Assembly: GCA_963840035.1 (NCBI GenBank)
Contig: CAWIXE010000003.1
Span: forward strand, 352,001 to 416,000
Reading direction: 5' to 3'
DNA: 64,000 nt
Source: a candidate division FCPU426 bacterium
Lineage (GTDB): Bacteria; Oederibacteriota; PGYV01; Palsa-1178
Under the pieces are notes generated by a model. That model worked only from the letters and a program-made list of their open reading frames with translations, was not told where the DNA came from and searched no databases. Position 1 is the first letter of the stretch; the number at the start of each line of letters is the position of its first letter. Position numbers and translations under genes: made by a program. Of the stretch, positions 1-9,800 are shown piece by piece.

Positions 1-95
1 GTAAAACCGGGAATGGCTGATATGGCATCACAGGATATAAGTTTTAGTCTGCCTTTATGTATGAGTGAAAAACCTTTTGGTATTTTAGTTTTCAT
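1..95 (-). CDS. 5' end of a gene running off the window (MKTKIPKGFSLIHKGRLKLISCDAISAIPGF...); possibly PgeF/YfiH-like N-terminus
   Basis: ATG at 95 on minus strand with open frame to the window edge; only 31 codons visible, so the product guess is weak. Confidence 0.4.
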   Translation of the reverse strand, partial: MKTKIPKGFSLIHKGRLKLISCDAISAIPGF

Positions 96-130
96 GGAAT
101 GTATTATAACATAAAAAGGATTTAGATTTT

Positions 131-190
131 GCAGCGGGCGGATTAAATCCGCCCGTTCCGACGGCGGGACGCATATAATGCGTCCGTTAC
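131..190. repeat. REP doublet (REPIN-like), family B
   Basis: GCAG-CGGGCGGAT-TAA-ATCCGCCCG followed by inverted GGACGCAT-ATA-ATGCGTCC-GTTAC; same layout recurs at 8700-8759. Confidence 0.7.
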
Positions 191-217
191 GAAACCATGT
201 GGTTTGATTTTCCGGGA

Positions 218-850
218 TTAAAAGCTGTACCGTACTCCGGCCCTCATGATGGGCAGCGGGTCGTTGGTTATAAGGCCGCTGTCTGTGTCGGGTTTGTTCG
301 TAAATTTGAATAACAAGACAGTGGTTTCTATGAAAAATTTAAACTGCGGGAATATCTCTGATGTCAGGCCTACAGTCGGGTTGCCTATGCCGAAGAGCAT
401 GGAGGCATCCTCGTCAAGAGCCGCGGAAAAGCCAAGGCCGGCGTAAAAATTTTCTGTAAACATATAACAGCCGTTAGCCATTATAAGAGCCATGAATATA
501 TCGCCGTCGTACATGATGCCGGCGAAAACAGTCGTAAAGACATTCTTATCCACAACCCTGCTGTATGAAATGCCGGGTATGATCCTTCCGGGTATGCCGA
601 CGTCTATGCCAATGGAGTTCTTATAATCCGCGGGTTTCGCAGCAACAGACGCGCTTTCAGGGCCGACTAAAGTTATGCCTTCCGCAGTGTCAGAAGCGGC
701 GGAAAGCGTCACTGACTGGGCTGCTTCCTGAGCCTTTGCGTCCGCGGCAGCCGCGATGTTTTCCGCGGTTAAGTTGTCTGTTTCTTCATCGGCAGAAAGG
801 GCAAATACCGGCAATAACAGCGCAAGAAACAAAATAAGTGTTTTTTTCAT
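218..850 (-). CDS. Exported protein, probable small outer-membrane beta-barrel
   Basis: ATG at 850 with GGCGG RBS; signal peptide MKKTLILFLALLLPVFALSA; amphipathic strands; C-terminal ...AGVRYSF beta-signal-like end. Confidence 0.65.
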   Translation of the reverse strand: MKKTLILFLALLLPVFALSADEETDNLTAENIAAAADAKAQEAAQSVTLSAASDTAEGITLVGPESASVAAKPADYKNSIGIDVGIPGRIIPGISYSRVVDKNVFTTVFAGIMYDGDIFMALIMANGCYMFTENFYAGLGFSAALDEDASMLFGIGNPTVGLTSEIFPQFKFFIETTVLLFKFTNKPDTDSGLITNDPLPIMRAGVRYSF

Positions 851-911
851 AAAGACCGCCTTTATTTGATTTTTATTATGATAATGGGAAAATGACTCAA
901 TGTCAAGAGTA

Positions 912-990
912 GAGAGGGGGATGGGTGAGGGGTGAGGTGAAAACAATTGCCTTATTCCCCTCACCCTACCCTATCCCAAATGGGAGAGGG
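912..990. repeat. BoxC-like purine/pyrimidine imperfect palindromic element
   Basis: GAGAGGGGGATGGGTGAGGGGTGAGG ... CCCCTCACCCTACCCTATCCC-AAAT-GGGAGAGGG. Confidence 0.5.
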
Positions 991-1142
991 ATAAAAGAGC
1001 AAATCAAATTACACACAATTAATAACAGTATCGAGGTGAGTGTTTACATGGTGAAGTATTCAATAAGGACTGTTGAGGCCATTGTGACCATTGAGATTAT
1101 TGAGACTCAAGGTCTGCTGTTTTTATGTTATAATTACCTACC

Positions 1143-2075
1143 ATGAAAAAACTGAATATTATATTACTGTATATTCTCACAGCCGTGTCAGCCCAGGGGT
1201 TCGTAAATGACGGGTTCCCCAGGGAGTACAACTATAACTATGACAGCTGGTCTAACCGTATTTATATTTCGGATAACGGCAAATACCTTGAAACGGCTTA
1301 TGGCATAAAGGTTTTCCTGCGGCTTGATGAGTCAAAAACAGAGATTCCCGTAAACGTGGCTGCACAGGCGTACTATGCCATGATAAAAAAAGAACCGGAG
1401 GATAAGCTCCTGCTTATATGGTTCTCGAGGAAAAGCAATCAGGGCGCGATTATATTAAGCGATAACATCAAGACCCTTTTCCCGGAAAAGTATGTCCTAT
1501 CCCTTCAAAATGACGTGTTAAACGGGCTTATGGGCAATAAATGGTACGCGCCGGAGCAAAACATTTTGGCCAAGATACTGGGCGGATTTATTTACATGCT
1601 TGAAAAAACCACCATGTCAAAAGCGCAGCTGGAAAATTCACGGGACCGCATGATAATCGTGGATGACCCGCTTTACAGGATGTCGCTTGTCCCCATGGTC
1701 GATGACGCCATAAGGATGTGTTACGCCGAGCCTATTTCATTCATCTTTTACTTTCCTTTTGTTATGTACTTCCTGATGGTCAGGTGGATAGGCATGCAGT
1801 TTGGCCGTAAGGGTTTTTATATTTCCACAGCTGCCTGGGCAGGGTGCATGTTTTTAATGGCAATACTCATAATGGGAAGGATAAACATATATTTTCCGTA
1901 TTATTTAAGCGTGTTTTTTCTCGTGTCGGCGATTAACATGCCGCTTTACACTGCGGCCTATGTGTTTTACAGGGACAGGATAGAAAATGCCGCGTTTAAA
2001 TACCTGGAAGAAATAAGCGGCGGAGGCTTTGATAAACTCAATTCTTTTGAGGGAAAAAAGTGGGAGTCAAAATAA
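1143..2075 (+). CDS. Membrane protein with N-terminal TPM-like exported domain and 3 TM helices
   Basis: Signal peptide; LLLIWFSRKSNQGAIILSDNIKTLFPE resembles the TPM-domain core; three hydrophobic C-terminal segments. Confidence 0.5.
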   Translation: MKKLNIILLYILTAVSAQGFVNDGFPREYNYNYDSWSNRIYISDNGKYLETAYGIKVFLRLDESKTEIPVNVAAQAYYAMIKKEPEDKLLLIWFSRKSNQGAIILSDNIKTLFPEKYVLSLQNDVLNGLMGNKWYAPEQNILAKILGGFIYMLEKTTMSKAQLENSRDRMIIVDDPLYRMSLVPMVDDAIRMCYAEPISFIFYFPFVMYFLMVRWIGMQFGRKGFYISTAAWAGCMFLMAILIMGRINIYFPYYLSVFFLVSAINMPLYTAAYVFYRDRIENAAFKYLEEISGGGFDKLNSFEGKKWESK

Positions 2076-4271
2076 GTGGCATATTATAGGACAGCGGTAT
2101 TTTCAAATGTGAACACCCTGCTTACATATAAGGCTGAGGGCGCCGGCGCTGAAAAGATAGGCTGCCGCGCCGCGGTTAAGATAGGCAATAAAACGGCTAC
2201 AGCGCTGGTGCTGGAGCATCTCAAAGAGCCGGATATAGACCCGTCTAAAATAAAGGCTGTCATGGAATTCCTCGATGAAACGCCGGTCATGGACAAATAC
2301 CTGATGAAACTCGGGCTCTGGATGGCCGAATATTACCTGTGTCCGCCGGGTCTGGTGTTCCAGACCATGCTTGCACCGCTTTTTAAGGTGACTTCAAAAA
2401 GGATAGTCAGGCTTTTAAACGAGGAACTGGAATTAAAGGGAAGGCAGTGCGATGTCGCGGAGTATTTAAAGGATAAGGACGGGCTTGAAGCCACGGTTAA
2501 AGAGATGGAAAAAGCGCTGAGGTTCAAAGGCCTTTCAGCGGTATTAAACGCGATGCGGGAAAAAGGCATTATAGAAATAGAGGAAAAAGACAGTTCTAAG
2601 GGAATTAGGAAGAAGAAACTTAAACCCGGCACAGGCTCGGATTCCGAAGACCCTAATATAATTTTAACGCCCGAACAGCAGGCGGCTTTTGACGCTTTGG
2701 CAGGGAACATAGACACGGGAAAGTACAAGACTTATTTGTTATTCGGCGCGACAGGTTCGGGAAAGACCGAGGTGTATGTGCGCGCGTCGCTGCACGCCGT
2801 AAATGCCGGCAAGAAAGCCATAGTGCTGGTGCCTGAAATATTTTTAACCCCCCAGGTGACCGCGAGGTTTAAAGGCTGCTTTAAGGACAGGATCGCCATA
2901 TTCCACAGCGCGCTGAAACCTGCCGAGCGTTACCACGAGTGGGACAGGATGAAGAACGGGGAGATAGACGTGGTCGTGGGCACGCGCTCAGCCATATTCG
3001 CGCCGTTTGATAATTTGGGGCTTATAATTGTAGATGAGGAATTTGACTCCTCATATAAGCAGGACAGCGAGCCAAGGTATAACGCCAGGGACACGGCAGT
3101 GTACAGGGCGTCACTGTGTGGGGCCACGGTAGTCCTCGGCAGCGCCACGCCGTCGGCTGAATCATATTTAAACGCGGTTACGGGAAAATACGGGATGCTG
3201 AAACTGCCGCACAGGGTAATGTCCCGGCCAATGCCGGAAATTAAAGTTGTGGATTTAAAAATTGACGCCAATAAGAACAAGGACCTTTTTCTCTCGGATG
3301 ACCTGATAAGGCCCATGCAGGAAGCGGTGGAAGCGGGCGGGCAGGCAGTGCTTTTCATAAACCGCCGCGGGTTTTCAAGCTATAATTTCTGCATGGAATG
3401 CGGCCACATAGAAAAATGCGTCAACTGCGACATACCGCTGGTATACCATAAGTCAGGCAGCACCTTAAGGTGCCATTACTGCGGTTATGAGAAAAAGCCC
3501 GAGGTGTTCTGCCCCAAATGCTCCAAACCCATATCATATAAAGGCGCCGGCACGCAGAGGGTGGAGGATGTTATCACAAAATTCTTTCCCGATAAAAGGA
3601 TAGAGCGCGTGGACATAGACGCCATGAAGGAAAAAGCGGGTTACTTTGACCTCTATGACAGGATTAAAAGGAAAGAGATAGACATAATAATCGGCACGCA
3701 GATGATATCCAAGGGATTTGATTTTCCGGAGGTGACATTCGTGGGCGTGGTTTCCATAGACGCGGTGCTTAACATGCCCGACTTCAGGGCTGAGGAGCGC
3801 GTTTTTCAGCTGCTCATGCAGGTGGCAGGCAGGGCAGGCAGGGGCGATAAGCCCGGCAAGGTCGTGATACAGACATTTAACCCGCTAAACCCGGCCATTG
3901 AAAACGTGAGGAAATATGAGACGGAGAAGTTCTATGAAGAGATGCTGTCCATCCGCAAAGACATGGGTTACCCGCCCTATAGCAGGATAATTCAGGTCAT
4001 AATACAGGACGAATCCATGGAAAAGGCCTTTAAGGACGCGGATGACGCGGCCGCGGTGATATATGAAGTGATGAGGAAGAATAATCTGAAAAATGTGGAT
4101 GTTTTAGGGCCGGCAGAGGCGCCGCTGTTTAGGATAAGGAACAAGTACAGGATGAGTATAATAATAAAGAGCAAAGATATTAAAGCTTTGAATATGATAG
4201 GCAGGGAATTAAAGAAAGGGACAAAGGCGATGGATGTGACTGTCGTTGTTGATCCCGGTAACATACTGTAG
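2076..4271 (+). CDS. priA: Primosomal protein N' (replication restart helicase)
   Basis: GATGSGKTEVY Walker A, VLVPEI, IIVDEE, GSATPS, four CxxC zinc motifs, GTQMISKGFDFP, QVAGRAGR. Confidence 0.97.
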   Translation: MAYYRTAVFSNVNTLLTYKAEGAGAEKIGCRAAVKIGNKTATALVLEHLKEPDIDPSKIKAVMEFLDETPVMDKYLMKLGLWMAEYYLCPPGLVFQTMLAPLFKVTSKRIVRLLNEELELKGRQCDVAEYLKDKDGLEATVKEMEKALRFKGLSAVLNAMREKGIIEIEEKDSSKGIRKKKLKPGTGSDSEDPNIILTPEQQAAFDALAGNIDTGKYKTYLLFGATGSGKTEVYVRASLHAVNAGKKAIVLVPEIFLTPQVTARFKGCFKDRIAIFHSALKPAERYHEWDRMKNGEIDVVVGTRSAIFAPFDNLGLIIVDEEFDSSYKQDSEPRYNARDTAVYRASLCGATVVLGSATPSAESYLNAVTGKYGMLKLPHRVMSRPMPEIKVVDLKIDANKNKDLFLSDDLIRPMQEAVEAGGQAVLFINRRGFSSYNFCMECGHIEKCVNCDIPLVYHKSGSTLRCHYCGYEKKPEVFCPKCSKPISYKGAGTQRVEDVITKFFPDKRIERVDIDAMKEKAGYFDLYDRIKRKEIDIIIGTQMISKGFDFPEVTFVGVVSIDAVLNMPDFRAEERVFQLLMQVAGRAGRGDKPGKVVIQTFNPLNPAIENVRKYETEKFYEEMLSIRKDMGYPPYSRIIQVIIQDESMEKAFKDADDAAAVIYEVMRKNNLKNVDVLGPAEAPLFRIRNKYRMSIIIKSKDIKALNMIGRELKKGTKAMDVTVVVDPGNIL

Positions 4272-4281
4272 GACCTAATGC

Positions 4282-4585
4282 GAGACACAGCAAGCTGTGT
4301 CTCTACGAGGGACTAAACCTGAAGGCGTTAGTTCTTTGTAGAGACGCAGCTTGCCTGCGTCTCAGACGTAGGAATTCAAGGCAGGGCAAAGGCGAGACAC
4401 AGCAAGCTGTGTCTCTACGAAGTGCTGAACCGTTACTGTTCTTGATATTTGTAGAGACGCAGCTTGCTGCGTCTCAGACGCGGGCTTAAAACAGGGCAAA
4501 TGCGAGACACAGCAAGCTGTGTCTCTACGAAAGGCGATGCCGTTATTGTTGTTGGTTTTTGTAGAGACGCAGCTTGCTGCGTCTC
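4282..4585. repeat. REP array left of RAYT (6 REPs, alternating orientation)
   Basis: GAGACACAGCAAGCTGTGTCTCTAC at 4282, 4394, 4504 alternating with GTAGAGACGCAGCTTGCTGCGTCTC at 4338, 4451, 4561. Confidence 0.92.
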
Positions 4586-4613
4586 AGACGTTGAAAACCA
4601 TAAGGGGGGATGG

Positions 4614-5132
4614 ATGACGTTATTTCGAAATAAATACAGGATAGAGACAACAAGATTGAAGGACTTTGATTACTCTCAGGTTGCTGATTATTATGTGACG
4701 ATTTGCGTCGATGACAGGATAAAGGTTTTTGGTACAATTGAAAATGGCAAAATACAATTGAACAGCAGCGGCGAATTGGCCGCTAAAATATGGAAAAACC
4801 TGGAAACCGATTATAAATTTATCAAGCTTGAAGACTATGTGATAATGCCGGAACACATGCATGGCACAATAAGAATCGGCAAAAAAACGGGCATTACGTT
4901 ATCAAGAATCATTCAGGCTTATAAATCGAAAAGCACTATCGCAATTAATAAGTCAAACCCGAAAAATACAACATTTAAATGGCAAAAAGGTTTTTTTGAC
5001 AGGGTAATACGGGATGATAAAGAGTTTTACTTTGTAACGGAGTATATTAAAAATAACCCTATAATGACCGACCCCGCCAATTATTATAAAGAGTGGTGGG
5101 AATTGCAGCAAATGCGCGAAGACGAGGCGTAA
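4614..5132 (+). mobile_element. REP-associated tyrosine transposase (RAYT, Y1/HUH family), 172 aa
   Basis: RLKDFDY, YYVTIC, VIMPEHMHG (HUH), WQKGFFDRVIRD, EYIKNNP catalytic Tyr; ATG 4614 after AAGGGGG; flanked on both sides by GTAG-REPs. Confidence 0.93.
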
Positions 5133-5136
5133 AGGC

Positions 5137-5934
5137 GAGACACAGCAAGCTGTGTCTCTACGAAGGGCTAAACATGAAGGTATTAGTTCTTTGTAGAGAC
5201 GCAGACTTGCTGCGTCTCAGACGCCGGGCTTAAAACAGGGCAAAGGCGAGACACAGCAAGCTGTGTCTCTACGAAGGACTAAACCTGAAGGCGTTAGATC
5301 TTTGTAGAGACGCAGCTTGCTGCGTCTAAGACATTGGGCTTAAAACAGGACAAATGCGAGACACAGCAAGCTGTGTCTCTACGAAGGACTAAACCTGAAG
5401 GCATTAGTTCTTTGTAGAGACGCAGCTTGCTGCGTCTCAGACATTGGGCTTAAAACAGGGCAAAGGCGAGACACAGCAAGCTGTGTCTCTACGAAGGACT
5501 AAACCTGAAGGCGTTAGATCTTTGTAGAGACGCAGCTTGCTGCGTCTCGGACGTTGGGCTTAAAACAGGGCAAAGGCGAGACACAGCAAGCTGTGTCTCT
5601 ACGAAGGACTAAACCTGAAGGCGTTAGATCTTTGCAGAGACGCAGCTTGCCTGCGTCTCGGACGTTGGGCTTAAAACAGGGCAAAGGCGAGACACAGCAA
5701 ACTGTGTCTCTACGAAGGACTAAACCTGAAGGCGTTAGATCTTTGTAGAGACGCAGCTTGCTGCGTCTCAGACATTGGGCTTAAAACAGGAAAAATGCGA
5801 GACACAGCAAGCTGTGTCTCTACGAAGGACTAAACCTGAAGGCGTTAGATCTTTGTAGAGACGCAGCTTGCTGCGTCTCAGACGTTGGAACTTAAGGCAG
5901 GACAAATGCAAGACACAGCAAGCTGTGTCTCTAC
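5137..5934. repeat. REP array right of RAYT (15 REPs, ~110-bp period, BIME-like)
   Basis: 8 CTAC-ending and 7 GTAG-starting copies with near-constant linkers GAAGGACTAAACCTGAAGGCGTTAGATCTTT and AGACATTGGGCTTAAAACAGGGCAAAGGC. Confidence 0.93.
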
Positions 5935-5997
5935 GAAGACAATGCGGGTTTGTTGTGGTATAATAACAAAACTAAAACGAACATACGAGGTGTTATC

Positions 5998-6387
5998 ATG
6001 GCTAAGGCTGAAGGCAGGACTTACGGGTTTGAAACGGAATCACGGATAGATACAAAGGCGCTGGAAACCATAAAATATACGGGCGAAAAGCAGCTTGTCG
6101 AGTATAAGACACGCGAATTCTCAGCTGTCTGCCCGTTTTCAGGGCTTCCTGATTACGCGGAAGTAATTATCAGGTATGTGCCTAAATCTGCAATAGTTGA
6201 ACTTAAATCCCTTAAATATTACTTTGTATCATTTCGAAACGTGGGTATTTACCAGGAAAAGGCTACGGACAGGATCTTCAAGGATATAAAAAAGCTTTTA
6301 AAACCCGGATACCTTTATGTTGAGACGGTTTATAATACCAGGGGCGGGATAGATTCGAAATGTATTATGGAAGCCGGCAAAAAATAG
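5998..6387 (+). CDS. queF: NADPH-dependent preQ0 reductase (7-cyano-7-deazaguanine reductase)
   Basis: EFSAVCPFSGLPDY catalytic Cys/Asp, VELKSLKYY QueF motif, RGGI; ATG 5998 after GAGGTG. Confidence 0.92.
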   Translation: MAKAEGRTYGFETESRIDTKALETIKYTGEKQLVEYKTREFSAVCPFSGLPDYAEVIIRYVPKSAIVELKSLKYYFVSFRNVGIYQEKATDRIFKDIKKLLKPGYLYVETVYNTRGGIDSKCIMEAGKK

Positions 6388-6454
6388 GGTGCCGGCGTAC
6401 GCAGCCTTAAGGCCGCTGCCGCAAAAGATCCGAACCAGACCAACGGAGGATGCC

Positions 6455-8080
6455 ATTAATATCAAATCAAAAATATTGAATACTAAATACGCTGTTGTTT
6501 TCATTTTACTTTTCCTGGTTTCCTGCACCAAACCGTTTTCCAAGCCGCTCACTTTTGAGGAACGGATAACATCCCACTCCCCGCAGATAGTTTTTGGGGC
6601 GCTTGCCGAACTGTGGCGCATTAAGGACAGCACAAACATTGTTCCTGTCATATCGCTGCTGAACGACCCGGTATTTATGGAATACGCGGCACAGGCATTA
6701 AACCTTCTCAATGACCAGTCTGTAGACAAAATTGTTCTGAGCGGGCTGGGGACCGGTGAAGGAAGCGAAGGCCTCCTTTTCTATGCATACCTGGCTGCCC
6801 GCGACAGGTATGTCAGCGGAGAGACCGCGGATTTCATAATGAAGAACATGGATAAGTTCAGCGGGCCCGGCAAGGTTTACGGGTGCATGCTGCTTTCCTT
6901 CGTGGATAAAAAGTACATATCAAAAGCCATTGACATAATGAAAAAAGAAAAAGCCGGGGGAGGGATATATGCGCTCCCGGAGTTATTGAGGCTTATCGGC
7001 GATAAAAGATACGCGCCTGGTTATGAATTTGCAGCGGGGATATACAATGAATGGGTGAGCGGGGAAATTCCAATGTTAAAGGAAATGGCGGCATGGGCCA
7101 TGCACAGGATAAGGCCTGTGGCTGGGTTTAAGCGCGATACAAAGGATAAAGTCATCATATCAAACCCGTACTTGATAAAGTACGGAGACAATCCGGTTTG
7201 GCCCGCTGTTCCGAACTCGTTTAAATCATGGCATACGGCAAATCCGGATATTTTTGCGGACAAAAACACCGTGTACATGTACTACAGGGCCGGTAACGGC
7301 ACCGACAGGATAGCGCTTGCCACGGTGCCCTACAACATTTTTAACGGAAAAAACTTCATGGACGCGCCAAATAATCCGATAGTCGACACTTCGACAAACG
7401 GGTTTGACAGCGGAGCCGTACTTGACCCTTCGGTGATACTTTTTAAAGGTAAAATGTTCCTGTATTATAGCGGCCTGGGCAAAGGCGAAGACTCCATAGG
7501 GCTTGCAACATCAAAAGATTTCTATAATTTCACAAAAGCTGAAAAGCCGGTGCTGATTGGCAGGGCGCCGGAAGTTGTAAACAAGGACGGGATTCTTTAT
7601 ATGTTTTACGTGCTTATGAACGGAGCGGGCGGGTATGAGATTCACCTTGCCACTTCCGATAACGGTTATGATTTTATGCCTTACGGTAAAGGGCCCATCT
7701 TTGAAAAAGAGGGGGAAGGGGCATGGGATTCCATGACAGTCACCACGCCGAGGATCTTTTTTTATGACGGTATGTATTATATGCTGTATGCCGGCGATGA
7801 CAAGTACAGGGACTACCCGCCTTATTTGGGACTGGCTTTCTCATACGACCTCATACACTGGATAAGATCCACGCAAAACCCCATATTTTCAAGGGGAAAA
7901 CAGGGAACATGGGAAGACGGCGCCATATGGTACGGAGACCTCTTTAATTATAAGGAAAAGTGGTATTTATACTACGAAGGCTGGGGCGGCGGGGACAGCC
8001 ATACTGCCGAGTACGGGCGTGGAGGCAGGTCGCAGGTGGGGGTTGCTACGGGGGATTTTGATATTAAAGACTTGCTATAA
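6455..8080 (+). CDS. Lipoprotein with helical N-terminal region and five-bladed beta-propeller glycosidase-like domain (GH130/GH32/GH43 clan-like)
   Basis: Lipobox LVSC; repeated NP[IV], DPSV, IGLATS.D, W.R...NPI motifs; start placed at in-frame ATT 6455 behind GGAGG (ORF track start 6389 lacks an RBS). Confidence 0.7.
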   Translation: MNIKSKILNTKYAVVFILLFLVSCTKPFSKPLTFEERITSHSPQIVFGALAELWRIKDSTNIVPVISLLNDPVFMEYAAQALNLLNDQSVDKIVLSGLGTGEGSEGLLFYAYLAARDRYVSGETADFIMKNMDKFSGPGKVYGCMLLSFVDKKYISKAIDIMKKEKAGGGIYALPELLRLIGDKRYAPGYEFAAGIYNEWVSGEIPMLKEMAAWAMHRIRPVAGFKRDTKDKVIISNPYLIKYGDNPVWPAVPNSFKSWHTANPDIFADKNTVYMYYRAGNGTDRIALATVPYNIFNGKNFMDAPNNPIVDTSTNGFDSGAVLDPSVILFKGKMFLYYSGLGKGEDSIGLATSKDFYNFTKAEKPVLIGRAPEVVNKDGILYMFYVLMNGAGGYEIHLATSDNGYDFMPYGKGPIFEKEGEGAWDSMTVTTPRIFFYDGMYYMLYAGDDKYRDYPPYLGLAFSYDLIHWIRSTQNPIFSRGKQGTWEDGAIWYGDLFNYKEKWYLYYEGWGGGDSHTAEYGRGGRSQVGVATGDFDIKDLL

Positions 8081-8174
8081 TTTTCAATTCTAAATTTTCA
8101 ATTTTCAATTAACGGCAAGTCTGGTACTATGTATGGGTAAGTAATTTAAAATTTAAAATTTATCGGAGGGATAC

Positions 8175-8609
8175 ATGGATCACAAATTTCTATTCGAAGA
8201 AAAGACATGGAAAGCGAAAGGGACTTACCTTGACGAGCGCGGGAAGAAGATAACTGTTACCGGCACTACGAAAGTCACTCACAAGTTCGGGAAATGGGTG
8301 GTTGAGGGCGATATACTTGTGCCAATGAACGGCGATAAGACGCTGGAGCTGCGCAATGTGTACAGCGTGAAACCCTTAAAGGCAAACCAGACCGAAACAA
8401 CCTGGGAATGCGCGAATAAAATCGTGGGCAAGTTCACGGGCAGGTTCTTTATTTCCGGCAATGTAATAATCTCAACATACGCCACGAAAGACGGCAAGTA
8501 CCGCGGGTATGAGATATTCAAGCTGCTCGGGGCTGGCAGGTATGAGAACCTGGGCGAGGATTGTTTTGAAGGCAAGAGGATCTCGTCATGGAATTTGAGT
8601 TTAGTGTAA
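8175..8609 (+). CDS. Hypothetical all-beta protein (lipocalin/calycin-like barrel possible)
   Basis: GGAGG RBS, 144 aa, W-x-x-x-G near N-terminus, alternating beta-strand pattern. Confidence 0.6.
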   Translation: MDHKFLFEEKTWKAKGTYLDERGKKITVTGTTKVTHKFGKWVVEGDILVPMNGDKTLELRNVYSVKPLKANQTETTWECANKIVGKFTGRFFISGNVIISTYATKDGKYRGYEIFKLLGAGRYENLGEDCFEGKRISSWNLSLV

Positions 8610-8699
8610 TAATTTTATTTGAGTGAAAGAGACAAGAGAATGGAGACAGGAGTAAGGCCGGCCGTATAGGACGAAAGGCTTGTGTTTTATGTTGTTGTT

Positions 8700-8759
8700 G
8701 TAGCGGGAGGATATTATCCGCCCGACGCTAAGGCCGGGCGCATGATATGCGCCCGCTAC
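8700..8759. repeat. REP doublet, family B
   Basis: GTAGCGGGAGGATATTATCCGCCCG ... CGGGCGCATGATATGCGCCCGCTAC. Confidence 0.75.
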
Positions 8760-8776
8760 AAAAACGGGGAATTACC

Positions 8777-9628
8777 ATTAAAAAATTCAAAAAAACCTAC
8801 ATAGAGATAACAAACGCCTGTAATATGGCGTGTAAGTTCTGCCCTAAGACCAAGCGCAAACCCGCGTTCATGGATATTAAGATGTTTGAGTCCATCCTTA
8901 AAAAAATATCCGGGCATTCGCACTTTCTTTACTTCCATGTCATGGGCGAGCCCCTCATGCATCCTGATATCGCAAAATTTCTTGACTTGTGCGACAAATA
9001 CGGGTTTGAGGTGAACTTGACCACTAACGGAACACTGGTGAATGTCCTGGAAAAAATCGCCGGCAAACCTGCTTTACGGCAGGTGAATTTTTCATTGCAT
9101 AGCCACAAGAATGATAAAGAATACCTGGACAGGATATTTAAATTCGTTGACGACACCCGCGACACGGGATTGCTCATAGCGCTGCGGCTATGGAACCATG
9201 AAGAAGGTAAAGAAGGCGGGAACAGGGAAATGTTGGAACGCATAAGCGCAAGATTTTTTAACGGAAAGGAACTGCAGGACAAACCCACGCACGTACGAGG
9301 CATAAAGATAAGCCACAACATATTTTTAAACCAGTCAATGGAGTTTGAATGGCCTTCGCTGTCAAATAAGGAAATTGGCGGCAGGGGCGCATGCAACGGA
9401 TTGCGCGACCAGGCGGCCATACTCGTTGACGGCACTGTGGTGCCGTGCTGCCTGGACGCGGAAGGCGTCATTAACCTGGGGAACATAATGGACGGGGATT
9501 TGAATTCCATAATAAAATCAAAACGCGGCAGGGATTTTTATAATAACTTCGGGCGCGGGATAGTGGTTGAGGAACTTTGCAGGAAGTGCAGTTACAGGCA
9601 GCGGTTTGATAAAAGAATAACCTTGTAA
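8777..9628 (+). CDS. Radical SAM / SPASM domain protein
   Basis: YIEITNACNMACKFC (CxxxCxxC), GEPLMHP, TTNGT, C-terminal GTVVPCC...CRKC; probable ATT start at 8777 (ORF-track ATG 8747 lies inside a REP). Confidence 0.88.
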   Translation: MKKFKKTYIEITNACNMACKFCPKTKRKPAFMDIKMFESILKKISGHSHFLYFHVMGEPLMHPDIAKFLDLCDKYGFEVNLTTNGTLVNVLEKIAGKPALRQVNFSLHSHKNDKEYLDRIFKFVDDTRDTGLLIALRLWNHEEGKEGGNREMLERISARFFNGKELQDKPTHVRGIKISHNIFLNQSMEFEWPSLSNKEIGGRGACNGLRDQAAILVDGTVVPCCLDAEGVINLGNIMDGDLNSIIKSKRGRDFYNNFGRGIVVEELCRKCSYRQRFDKRITL

Positions 9629-9670
9629 TTTATACACTGTGTTTGTTTGTGTAAAAAGGCAAAGGCAAAG

Positions 9671-9773
9671 GCCGGGCGAGCCGCCGGCTCGCCCCTACGA
9701 AAACAATGCAGAAAAACAAAGCGTATCATGATTTGTTTTGTCTTCGTAGGGGCGAGCCGGTGGCTCGCCCGGC
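9671..9773. repeat. REP doublet, family C
   Basis: GCCGGGCGAGCCGCCGGCTCGCCCCTACGA ... TCGTAGGGGCGAGCCGGTGGCTCGCCCGGC inverted pair between convergent genes. Confidence 0.8.
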
Positions 9774-9800
9774 TTTTGTTTTGTTTGTTGCATTAAACCG

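Noticed and set aside
925..1146. 73-aa ORF, plus extended starts of ORFs 218-964, 32350 and 48446-49234
   Set aside because: They run through repeat or promoter DNA; downstream ATGs have proper RBS and family-typical N-termini
4464..4613. N-terminal extension of the RAYT ORF, and ORF 5554-5748
   Set aside because: Translations of REP DNA; the RBS supports ATG 4614
4282..5934. CRISPR array
   Set aside because: Repeats alternate in orientation, the spacers are themselves repeated, there are no cas genes, and a RAYT lies in the middle; it is a REP array
5935..5997. preQ1 riboswitch upstream of queF
   Set aside because: No GGTTC stem-loop with A-rich tail; the short gap holds only a -10-like TATAAT and the RBS
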